64,000 bases of DNA from Planctomycetota bacterium (GTDB lineage: Bacteria; Planctomycetota; B15-G4), in NCBI GenBank assembly GCA_020638905.1, contig JACKHP010000009.1, positions 101,956-165,955 of the forward strand, written 5' to 3'. A program made the translations under genes and the position numbers. The notes under the pieces are model-generated. The model was not told the origin of the DNA, did no database searches, and worked only from the letters and a program-made list of their open reading frames with translations. Within the stretch, counting starts at the first letter, position 1. Each line of letters starts with the position of its first letter. Shown one piece after another: positions 19,201-26,550 of this stretch.

Positions 19201-19310
19201 GCCAGGTCGTCGGCGGCGTGCACGTCGTGCAGCAACGCCCGGGCCAGCCGACGCAGCACCGGCAGGTCGGAGAGCAACGCCTCGGGATCGTTCTGGGCGT
19301 GGGCATCCAT
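16230..19310 (-). CDS. ECF sigma factor fused to a TM helix and CarboxypepD_reg-like repeats (fusion B, paralogue of A)
   Basis: Uninterrupted 1026-aa ORF, collinear with fusion A. Region 2 is DAWIASRR...GWLAAIVRNLASNRLR. Region 4 is LPDAQRDVLLMRFWDGMSSETIARHLDLPAATVRSRCKRGLDRVRERL. The TM helix is LVALPALGALGGLGVVLVLL. Confidence 0.85.
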   Translation of the reverse strand: MDAHAQNDPEALLSDLPVLRRLARALLHDVHAADDLAHDAWIASRRAAPPRTPAARVGWLAAIVRNLASNRLRSERRREAREVEVAGRAVPVTTPADIVRREEVRRLVVEAVLGLPDAQRDVLLMRFWDGMSSETIARHLDLPAATVRSRCKRGLDRVRERLDTSQGRESWAALLLPGVMLKRAWWTRPLVALPALGALGGLGVVLVLLSPWTHDAPRPTLDELAVAPQPASGGLAPRTPNAPDALVPPEALARPAPPDRAGPVYPARRALHTLDVVVLDPDGRPAPGARVELRPALGPRPRTLALHDDRSALAATSTDAAGRVAFEALPDGAWDVLASLGSASGHLRALADDDAGPVVVELSLADDAPPFAVRVVDASGRPEPDAEVEIVGCDGGECRPGLADTPPFVARTNAHGVVLTPLRTGGRLLVTARTDDGRLGMDVALPGSTRTAQVGARVVVAAPGRVAGRLVPPDGVVPGDVTLTLLALTSHAPYEPAVGRRYVAHLDGLQFTCSDLPAGTYSLEYLDPQGTRLDLPAYRRGRKDVPGTVEPLRIGVRAGAITQVDLPLRLGATLAGVVRDADGRPVGGARVLALPVPDDELLGEGRSLLGTPLWSLVDEPVPGELHPAIWRRTTTDADGRYVLAGLPPLRHRVEVEADGLSFERRDGVVLVDGERVELVHALEPDGVLQLVLPADLSTRITLTREGDVRPCVAAFARGPVVTLPGLRPGRYEVTRHLSSAATPLVLAQIEVARGATTSLDLRDALEGDVLLSGQVELPGVALEHARVGLLGEARLDAAGRFRIALSAPIEELRFTPRLSVRLGRRTWSTEVGDDLRGLSRWDGLFLLGDDTLDVETDAGADVRLHIDDGVTSEGRAVDFDGTLSADATGRVDFAGLPAGHGELVTTFPDGHVVRRVVSVPAGRPVRVARLPSGRLVVRVVDADDQPVLGAEVSVTTHALGPGERDPSGDDLGTRTALTNVYGIARLTRVAAGRVTIEARAARARAKTTLDLRRGVEQRVVLRPEKP

Positions 19311-19478
19311 GGCGGAGGAGACACCGCCGGTCGCGGTGTCGTGCCGTCATGGTCGCAGGAAATCGGCGCCGCGGGGGGACGGGCGCAGGCGCGTCCCCTC
19401 GCGGCGTCGGGCGCCGAGCGCGACCCAGGGGCGGCGCGTCGCCGAGCCGGAGTCCGCGCAGTGCCGCGCGGACCGCCG

Positions 19479-19988
19479 TCAGGCGAAGGGGTTCTCGTCG
19501 GCGGTGGGGCCGTAGATCGACGGGAGCGGCACGTCCAGCATGCGCAGGTAGACGGTGAGCTGGCCGCGGTGGTGGTAGAGGTGGTTGAAGAGCATGGAGC
19601 GCACCGCGGCGCCGCGCGGCAGGGTCATGAGCGGCTTGCCGTCGGAGAGCACGGTCCAGGTGGCGGCCAGGTCGTCGGCGCTCCAGCGCTCGAGCTGCTG
19701 ACGGGCCGCGGCCACGCTGGCGTCGAAGGTCGCGAGCAACTCGTCGACCGAGGCCACCTCGTCGGACGGCGTGCGCCGGGCGAAGTCGAACGAGGGCTCG
19801 GCGAGCATGGCCGCCAGCAGGCCCGGGATCTGGGCCGTGTGGCCGGCCAGCCGGCGCAGGCTGAACGAGCGCTCGTGGGGCGTCCAGTCGAGGTGCTCGC
19901 CGGGGACGGCGGCCAGCAGGCGGCGGGTCGTGCCGGCCTCCTGGTCGAGCTCGGCGATCATGCGGACGGTGGCGGGCGAAGCGGTCAT
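19479..19988 (-). CDS. DinB family protein
   Basis: 169 aa with His-rich DinB signature elements (GHTAQIPGLL, MLFNHLYHHRGQLTVYLR). AAGGAG lies 7 nt upstream of the ATG. Confidence 0.85.
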   Translation of the reverse strand: MTASPATVRMIAELDQEAGTTRRLLAAVPGEHLDWTPHERSFSLRRLAGHTAQIPGLLAAMLAEPSFDFARRTPSDEVASVDELLATFDASVAAARQQLERWSADDLAATWTVLSDGKPLMTLPRGAAVRSMLFNHLYHHRGQLTVYLRMLDVPLPSIYGPTADENPFA

Positions 19989-20007
19989 GGATCGTCTCCT
20001 TGGTCAG

Positions 20008-20020
20008 TTCCAAAATGGAA
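20008..20020. promoter_or_regulatory. Palindromic operator candidate in the DinB/HxlR divergent promoter region
   Basis: TTCCA-AAA-TGGAA lies in the only AT-rich stretch of the 97-bp intergenic region. The flanking sigma-70-like elements are TTGCTT-N17-TAGCCT toward the DinB gene and TTCCAA-N18-TAGGAT toward the HxlR gene. Confidence 0.45.
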
Positions 20021-20085
20021 GTGCCGCAGGCTAGGATGGTGGATTCAAAAAAGCAAGAGACATCCCTCCGAGTACCCTGGACGCC

Positions 20086-20508
20086 ATGCCCCGTCGCCCG
20101 CTGGCCGAGACCGAACCGCGTTCCGCGTGCCCGCTGGCGTGCGCCCTCGACCTGCTGGGCGACCGCTGGACGCTGCTCGTGCTGCGCGACGTGCTGCTGT
20201 TCCGCAAGTCGCTCTTCCAGGAGTTCCTCGACAGCCCCGAGGGCATCTCGAGCAACACGCTCACCGAACGGCTCAAGCGGCTCGAACGCCACGGCCTGCT
20301 CCGGCGCGAGGCGTACCAGGAGCGCCCCGTGCGATCGCGCTACGTGCCGACGCCGAAGGGACGGGACCTCGTCCCGCTGCTGCGCGAGGCGATCGTGTGG
20401 GGCGCGCGACACGCACCCGGCGCGATGCAGCCGACGCCCGAGCAGCTCGCGGGACTCGACGCGCTCGTGGAGCAGGCGCGCGCGGCGCGCGACGACGCGC
20501 TGCGCTGA
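20086..20508 (+). CDS. HxlR family transcriptional regulator
   Basis: CPLACALDLLGDRWTLLVLRDVL...ISSNTLTERLKRLERHGLLRRE is the typical HxlR winged helix. Confidence 0.85.
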   Translation: MPRRPLAETEPRSACPLACALDLLGDRWTLLVLRDVLLFRKSLFQEFLDSPEGISSNTLTERLKRLERHGLLRREAYQERPVRSRYVPTPKGRDLVPLLREAIVWGARHAPGAMQPTPEQLAGLDALVEQARAARDDALR

Positions 20509-20698
20509 CCTCGCGCGGCGTGCGTCCGCGACGCTGCGTGTCATGCGTCGCAGGACCCGGTGCGCCGTCACCCGGCTGCGCAACGTGCGTGCGCGCCGTG
20601 CGTCCGACGACCACCTTGCGCGTCCTGGCGCCTCGGGACAGCATGCGTTGCACGGGTGGCGCGTCGACCGCGACGAGTCCGCGTGGAGGCACCAGTCG

Positions 20699-21157
20699 AT
20701 GAACGCTCGCGAACTCCCCGCCACCTGCCGGAGCTACGGACTCGAGGTGCCCATCGCCGCGCCGCGCGACACCGTCTGGGCCGCGCTCGTCGACGAGACG
20801 GACGCCTGGTGGCTGCCCGACTTCCACATGGTCGCGTCCGACTCGGTGCTGCGCCTCGACGCACGCGCCGGCGGCGCCCTGGTCGAGCACCAGGACGACG
20901 GCGGCAGCCTGCTCTGGTACACGGTGCAACTGGTGCGTCCCGGCGAGGCGTTGCACCTCGTGGGACACGTGGCACCCGAGTGGGGCGGGCCGGCCACCTC
21001 GATGCTCGCGCTCACGCTCGAGGCGCGCGGCGACAAGACCGTCCTGCACGTGCGCGACTCGCTCTTCGGGCACGTCACCGACGAGCAGGCCGAGAGCCTG
21101 CGCGACGGCTGGATCCAGCTCTTCACCGAAGGACTGAGGCGCCACGTCGAGGGCTGA
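20699..21157 (+). CDS. SRPBCC (Aha1/START-like) domain protein
   Basis: Terminal 152 aa of ORF 20000..21157, starting MNARELP. The pattern APRDTVWAALVDETDAWW...GWIQLFTEGLRRHVE is typical of AHSA1/SRPBCC proteins. Confidence 0.7.
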   Translation: MNARELPATCRSYGLEVPIAAPRDTVWAALVDETDAWWLPDFHMVASDSVLRLDARAGGALVEHQDDGGSLLWYTVQLVRPGEALHLVGHVAPEWGGPATSMLALTLEARGDKTVLHVRDSLFGHVTDEQAESLRDGWIQLFTEGLRRHVEG

Positions 21158-21336
21158 GCGGCGCGCGCTCCGCCCGCGTCCCGTCCGCGCGTCCTGCGCG
21201 ACGCGCGGCTCTTCCGACGCCGCCCGCCGCCGCGCGGCAGGGATTTCTTCGTCCCGGATCGCCGCGGGCGGACCAAGTCCCGGGGAGAGACGAAGCGGCG
21301 AGGGCCGCGCCCCCTGCTCCATGGAGTTCCACACCG

Positions 21337-22884
21337 ATGTCACCCGTCGTCCGCCGTCTGGCCGCGCTGCTCGCGCTGGCCCTGTTCGCCGCCTCTCCCT
21401 TCGCCCAGGAGATCACGGCCCTCGATCAGGCGACGGTCACGCTGGGGTCGATCGTGCGCGTCTCGGGCACCGATCTCGGGACCAAGCCCAAGCTCGTGCT
21501 CGTGCAGGACGAGTCGAAGGCCAAGGGAGCCTCGCTCAAGGTCGTCGGCAGCGGCGAGGGCTACGTCGACGTCACGATCAAGAAGGCCAAGGCCGGGACG
21601 TACCAGGTCGCCGTGGCGAAGGGCAAGTCGCTGCTCACGACCTCGGCCGACTCGCTGGAGGTCGTGCCGCCGACGGTCGTGTCGGTCGACCCCGACAGCG
21701 CCGAGCCGAACGACGAGGTCGACGTGCTCGTCTCGTACGCCGGCAGCGCCAAGCTCAAGGCGGTCGTCGGGACCACGAAGGCCAAGGTCGTCGCGGTGAC
21801 GCCGGTCGAGCCGCCGCCGGGTGAGTCGGCGCCGCAGTCGCGGGTCACGATCCGCGTGCCGAAGGTGCCGAACGGCGTCTGGCCGGTGAGCGTCATGAAC
21901 CCCGTCGGCAAGGGCATCCTCAAGGGCGCGCTCGAGGTCACCGGGAGCACCAAGGCGCTGCCCAAGCCGAGCGTGCGACTCGACATCGACGGCGTGAAGA
22001 AGCCGTTCAAGGCCAGCAAGAAGCACGTCGCCGTCGTCGACGACAGCGACGGCTTCGCGGTGCTTGCCACGTCCGGCAGCAAGAAGTCACCCAGCGTGCT
22101 GCGCATCACCGTGCCCGAGGCGCTCGAGGACGTCGCGCCCGGCGACAGCTACGACGCCGACCCGGGACAGATCGTGTACAGCGTGACCGACAAGTCGGGC
22201 ACCACGATCTGGGCCGCCGAACCCGCGGGCGAGGGCAACACCTGGGTGGTCGACGTGGTCGCGCTCGACGACGAGGGCACGCTCGTGCTGTTCCTGTGCG
22301 GCTGCCTCACGCGCCAGTCGGGTGACGCCGGAGACGAGACGATCTGCGTCCTGGGACTCGTCACGGTCGACACCTCGGTCGAGGTCCAGTCCGGCGGGCT
22401 CTGCGATCCGCTGTGCACCGCCACGGGCAGCGTGACGGGCGACTTCGTGTCCGTCCCCCAGGAGAACATCGCGCTCTTCGGCATCGCGGGCCCGGGCCTG
22501 CTCAAGTGCGCCACGGGCTCGGCCGACGGCGGCGGCGGCTTCCCCGCCACGGTGATCGAGTGGACGATCAGCTTCGACCCCGCGCACGACGCCACGCCGG
22601 CCACGTTCGACGGCATCTCGCTGCAGGGCAGCGGCCTGATCTCGTTCTCGATGCAGCTCGACACGACCTTCTACACGCAGTCGATCGACATGAACCTCGA
22701 CTCGTCGATGTCGGTCACGATCACCCAGGTCGACGACGCGCCGAGCAATCCGTTCGGCATCCTGGCCTGCCTGCACGGCACGTTCAGCGGCGTGGTGACG
22801 AACAACGCGACCATCCCGCCCACGCCGCAGACGCTCACCGGCGAGTTCGTGATGCCCTGGTACGACACCGGCTTCGGGCAGTGA
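21337..22884 (+). CDS. Secreted protein with IPT/TIG-like Ig repeats and a Cys-containing C-terminal domain
   Basis: Internal ATG of ORF 20560..22884. Signal peptide MSPVVRRLAALLALALFAASPFAQE. Lys-rich beta-repeat modules follow (ITALDQATVTLGSIVRVSGTDLG; PTVVSVDPDSAEPNDEVDVLVS). Functional assignment is weak. Confidence 0.65.
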   Translation: MSPVVRRLAALLALALFAASPFAQEITALDQATVTLGSIVRVSGTDLGTKPKLVLVQDESKAKGASLKVVGSGEGYVDVTIKKAKAGTYQVAVAKGKSLLTTSADSLEVVPPTVVSVDPDSAEPNDEVDVLVSYAGSAKLKAVVGTTKAKVVAVTPVEPPPGESAPQSRVTIRVPKVPNGVWPVSVMNPVGKGILKGALEVTGSTKALPKPSVRLDIDGVKKPFKASKKHVAVVDDSDGFAVLATSGSKKSPSVLRITVPEALEDVAPGDSYDADPGQIVYSVTDKSGTTIWAAEPAGEGNTWVVDVVALDDEGTLVLFLCGCLTRQSGDAGDETICVLGLVTVDTSVEVQSGGLCDPLCTATGSVTGDFVSVPQENIALFGIAGPGLLKCATGSADGGGGFPATVIEWTISFDPAHDATPATFDGISLQGSGLISFSMQLDTTFYTQSIDMNLDSSMSVTITQVDDAPSNPFGILACLHGTFSGVVTNNATIPPTPQTLTGEFVMPWYDTGFGQ

Positions 22885-22905
22885 TCCGACGCGGCGGGAC
22901 CGCTC

Positions 22906-23457
22906 TCACCGGGTCTTCCAGTGCGCCACGTCCGGCCGCGCCTTCCTCGAGTTCGGATCGGCCTCGAGCACCTCGACCCGGAGCCCGGCAACCTGTTCGA
23001 GAGCGCGGCGGATCTGCGCAACCGCGGGCGCCGCGCGGTGCATCGACACCAGCTCGGTCAAGGTCCCCCGAGCGTCCAGGGTGTAGAAGAACACGAACTT
23101 GTTGCTCTCGATCGTGCCCGATCGGTGGCTGACCTTGTCCGATGACGCGAGGAACTCTCCGACCGGGTGACCTGGCCCGATGGGGATCTCACGTGCTCCG
23201 AAGAACGTCGGCACCGTGAGAGCGTCGGGCTGGATCGTCAGCATCGGGGTTCGCCAGGCGTGGATGAAGCCGACCCCCAGCGCGCAGGCTCCCAGGAATC
23301 CGAGAACGATCAGGGTCACGGTCTCGACGTCGAAGTCCTGCCCGATCAGCACGGCCATGACCACACCCGCACACGCCGCCAGGATGAACAAGACACCCAT
23401 GACGGCGAGCAGGATGCCCTCTGGTCTCTTGAACTCGACTCTCTGCAAGGCCGTCAC
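22906..23457 (-). CDS. Hypothetical membrane protein (2 TM plus soluble PH-like domain)
   Basis: 183-aa ORF with GTG start and two hydrophobic helices (ILLAVMGVLFILAACAGVVMAVLI, TLIVLGFLGACALGVGFI). GC is lower than in neighbouring genes. Start uncertain. Confidence 0.5.
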   Translation of the reverse strand: MTALQRVEFKRPEGILLAVMGVLFILAACAGVVMAVLIGQDFDVETVTLIVLGFLGACALGVGFIHAWRTPMLTIQPDALTVPTFFGAREIPIGPGHPVGEFLASSDKVSHRSGTIESNKFVFFYTLDARGTLTELVSMHRAAPAVAQIRRALEQVAGLRVEVLEADPNSRKARPDVAHWKTR

Positions 23458-23779
23458 CTCTTCAGGTGTTCATGAGGAAGATCGACGCGCAACCCACCTG
23501 AGGCGTCCTCGCCAGGAGGACCGATGGGAGATGGGCGCCAGGTCATGCCCGTCGTTCGCCTGCATCGAGTCGGTCACGTCCTGGTCCGGGTCGTCGTGAC
23601 GGGGAGAACTCCGCGAGCGCCTCGCGGCCCGCACCGCCTGCGGGGCATGGTACCCGGGACGATGCCACACTCCGAGACGCGGTGCTCACCGTCGACGTCC
23701 GGGGTCGGGAGCCGACGCCGCGCGCCTTCGTGCGGTCGCGTCGACCGCCGATCGTCGGGACCCTCGCAGGACCCCGGAG

Positions 23780-24397
23780 GTGACGCCATGCCGTATGCTG
23801 GAGGCACTCGCTCGGAGTCGATCGAGAGTGAATCGCAGCCGGATGCGCGAAGTGCTGATGTACGTCCTCGTGGTGGCGTGCCTCTGGTTCGACGCGTTCG
23901 TCCACGGTGACGGGGTCTTGGCGCTGCTCGTCGGGGTCTTCGTCTGGCAGCTCGTCCACGCCGTGTTGCTGGCCAGCCATCGGGTCGATGTCGTGTCCTG
24001 GGGGGGATACTCGGTCGCGTACCGGGCGCTGCTGGCGGCCGCGTGCGGGGGGGCGGCGGTACTCGTCGCGATCGATTCCGACGCCGAGAGCCTGTTGCCG
24101 CCCGCGGGACTCGTGCTGCTGGGCGTCGTCCAGATCGTCGCGGCCGTGCGCCGGTTCCGCCACGAACCGGAACCCGGCGCGGCGTGGGGCTACTCGCTGT
24201 CCGCCCAGGTGCTGCTCGCGATCGCGTGGTTCGGGGGCGCGGGTTTGGTCGCGATCGATCCCGACGGACGTGACCCCGGGAGCACTCCCCTCGCCATCCT
24301 GCTCGCCGTCCTCGTCTCCGCCGGGTTCTCCGTCGAGTACCGGGCCGCGGTGAAGGCCGGCGCCGAGCGCTTCCCCTGGGGGCCCATCGGGTATTGA
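23780..24397 (+). CDS. Hypothetical polytopic membrane protein
   Basis: 205 aa with 5-6 hydrophobic segments. A strong GGAGG lies 8 nt upstream of the ATG at 23780. Confidence 0.55.
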   Translation: MTPCRMLEALARSRSRVNRSRMREVLMYVLVVACLWFDAFVHGDGVLALLVGVFVWQLVHAVLLASHRVDVVSWGGYSVAYRALLAAACGGAAVLVAIDSDAESLLPPAGLVLLGVVQIVAAVRRFRHEPEPGAAWGYSLSAQVLLAIAWFGGAGLVAIDPDGRDPGSTPLAILLAVLVSAGFSVEYRAAVKAGAERFPWGPIGY

Positions 24398-24566
24398 GCG
24401 CCCCCGCGGCCACTCCGGCCGAGACTCGTCCACGCGACACGCGACCCGCCCACGCGGTACGATGTCCCGCTTGGCCGGACGTCCGCGATCGCCGCCCCGC
24501 GAGAGGGCTGCGCGCGACGTCCGCCGCTCCGCCGCGCGCCGCGGCGTCCCGCACGAGGTGAGCCGC

Positions 24567-26396
24567 ATGTCGTCCGAGGTCCCGCCGTCCGACGCGCCCG
24601 ACGAGGTGCCCGAGGACGCGTCCGCCCCGACGCCCGACGCGCCCGACGACGCGTTGGACGACGCGCCGCCCGCGCCCGGCTTCGCGACGCTCGGGCTCTC
24701 CGACGCGGTGCTCGCCGCGCTGGACGCGGTGGGCTACGAGGCACCGTCGCCGGTGCAGGCGCGCACGATCCCGCCGCTGCTCGCCGGCCGCGACCTGCTC
24801 GGCCAGGCCCAGACGGGGACGGGCAAGACCGCGGCCTTCGCACTGCCGATCCTCTCGCGGCTCGACCTGGCGACGCGTTCGCCGCAGGCGCTCGTGCTCA
24901 CGCCCACGCGCGAGCTGGCGATCCAGGTGGCCGAGGCGTTCCAGCGCTACGCGTCGAAGATGCCGGGCTTCCACGTGCTGCCGATCTACGGCGGACAGTC
25001 GTACCCGGCGCAGATCCGTCCGCTCGAGCGCGGCGTGCACGTCGTGGTCGGCACCCCGGGACGCGTGATCGACCACTGCAAGCGCGGCACGCTCGACCTC
25101 GCGCACCTGTCGACCGTCGTGCTCGACGAGGCCGACGAGATGCTGCGCATGGGCTTCATCGACGACGTCCAGTGGATCCTCGAGCAGATGCCGGCGGCGA
25201 GGCAGACGGCGCTCTTCTCGGCCACGATGCCGAGCGCCGTGCGCCGCATCGCGCAGAAGCACATGCGCGACCCGGTCGAGGTGACCGTCGAGCAGAAGCA
25301 CGCCACCGCGTCGACCATCCGCCAGCGCTACCAGCTCGTGAGCGCGGGACAGAAGCTCGACGCGCTCACGCGCGTGCTCGAGACCGAGACGTTCGACGGC
25401 GTGCTCGTCTTCGTGCGCACGCGCACCGCGACGCAGGAGCTGGCCGAGAAGCTCGAGGCGCGTGGACACGCCACGGCCGCGCTCTCGGGCGACGTGGCCC
25501 AGCCGATCCGCGAGCGCACGGTCGAGCGCCTCAAGCGCGGCGTGCTCGACATCCTCGTGGCCACCGACGTGGCGGCGCGCGGGCTCGACATCGACCGCAT
25601 CAGCCACGTCGTGAACTACGACCTGCCGCACGACGGCGAGGCCTACGTCCACCGCATCGGCCGCACGGGACGCATGGGACGCGCCGGCGAGGCGATCCTG
25701 TTCGTCGAGCCGCGCGAGCGGCGCATGCTGCGCGTGCTCGAACGCGCCATCGGCCACCCGATCGAGCCCATGCGGCCGCCCACGTCCGACGACGTGAACG
25801 CCAAGCGCATCGCGCGCTTCAAGCAGGGCATCGCCGACACGATCGCGCAGCACGACCTGTCGCTCTACACGCGCCTCGTGACCGAGTTCGCCGAGGAGAC
25901 CGGGACGACCTTCCTGCACGCCGCCGCGGCGCTCGCGCACCTCGCCCAGGGCGGCCAGCCGCTCGTGGTCGACCTGCCCGACCTGCCCGTGCACGAGGAG
26001 CGTCCGGCGTTCAAGGGACGCGACGCGCGCGAGCGTCCGGCGCACGCGCGTTCGGCGCGCCACGACGGGCCGCGCGCGCACGGCGACGACGCGCGTCGTC
26101 CGCGCAAGCCGCACGGCCGTCCCGTCGAGCAAGGCATGCGCCGCTGGAAGCTCGCGGTCGGCTTCGAGCACGGCGTGCGTCCGGCGCAGATCGTGGCCGC
26201 GCTCGCGAACGAGGGCGGCCTCGACGGCGACGCCGTGGGACGCATCGAGATCGCGCGCACGTTCAGCCTGGTCGACCTGCCCGAGAGCCTGCCGCGCGAC
26301 GTCCTGCAGCGCTACGAGCGCACGCGCATCTGCGGCCGCCCGATCCGCATGTCGAGCTGGAACGCCGACGGTCCGCCGCGCAAGGGCAAGCGCTGA
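24567..26396 (+). CDS. deaD: DEAD-box ATP-dependent RNA helicase with DbpA-like C-terminal RNA-binding domain
   Basis: Q-motif context GYEAPSPVQ, then AQTGTGKTAAF, DEAD, SAT and HRIGRTGRMGRAG. The C-terminal region is WKLAVGFEHGVRPAQIVAALANEGG. GAGGTGA lies 7 nt upstream of the ATG at 24567. Confidence 0.9.
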   Translation: MSSEVPPSDAPDEVPEDASAPTPDAPDDALDDAPPAPGFATLGLSDAVLAALDAVGYEAPSPVQARTIPPLLAGRDLLGQAQTGTGKTAAFALPILSRLDLATRSPQALVLTPTRELAIQVAEAFQRYASKMPGFHVLPIYGGQSYPAQIRPLERGVHVVVGTPGRVIDHCKRGTLDLAHLSTVVLDEADEMLRMGFIDDVQWILEQMPAARQTALFSATMPSAVRRIAQKHMRDPVEVTVEQKHATASTIRQRYQLVSAGQKLDALTRVLETETFDGVLVFVRTRTATQELAEKLEARGHATAALSGDVAQPIRERTVERLKRGVLDILVATDVAARGLDIDRISHVVNYDLPHDGEAYVHRIGRTGRMGRAGEAILFVEPRERRMLRVLERAIGHPIEPMRPPTSDDVNAKRIARFKQGIADTIAQHDLSLYTRLVTEFAEETGTTFLHAAAALAHLAQGGQPLVVDLPDLPVHEERPAFKGRDARERPAHARSARHDGPRAHGDDARRPRKPHGRPVEQGMRRWKLAVGFEHGVRPAQIVAALANEGGLDGDAVGRIEIARTFSLVDLPESLPRDVLQRYERTRICGRPIRMSSWNADGPPRKGKR

Positions 26397-26550
26397 GCGA
26401 GGGCTCGCGTCGGTCTCGTCCGCTCAGTGGGTGGGGGACGGGTCGCGAGACACCGCGCCGTCCGTCGAATCGGCCATCCATGACCGGTCGCGGAGCGGAC
26501 TGGCGCATGACCTCCGAACGCGGGATCCTCGCGTGGACTCGGAGAGGCGC

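Noticed and set aside
15700-20724. 1674-aa ORF on the minus strand, the longest in the track
   Set aside because: The translation is almost pure Arg/Ala/Pro/Gly with no motifs. It is off-frame or antisense to five genes with clear family signatures: the cupredoxin-like gene, fusion B, DinB, HxlR and SRPBCC. This is a typical stop-free alternative frame in about 70% GC DNA.
23574-26171. 865-aa minus-strand ORF opposite the DEAD-box helicase, and similar antisense giants at 29336..32077(-), 35245..37905(+), 40182..43940(+), 58583..61624(-), 61792..63969(-) and 26776..28452(-)
   Set aside because: All are Arg/Ala/Gly/Asp-rich and lack recognisable motifs. Each lies opposite a gene with strong family signatures: helicase, CarboxypepD_reg protein, transglutaminase/oxidoreductase, DUF1553 protein, RND pump and OMF.
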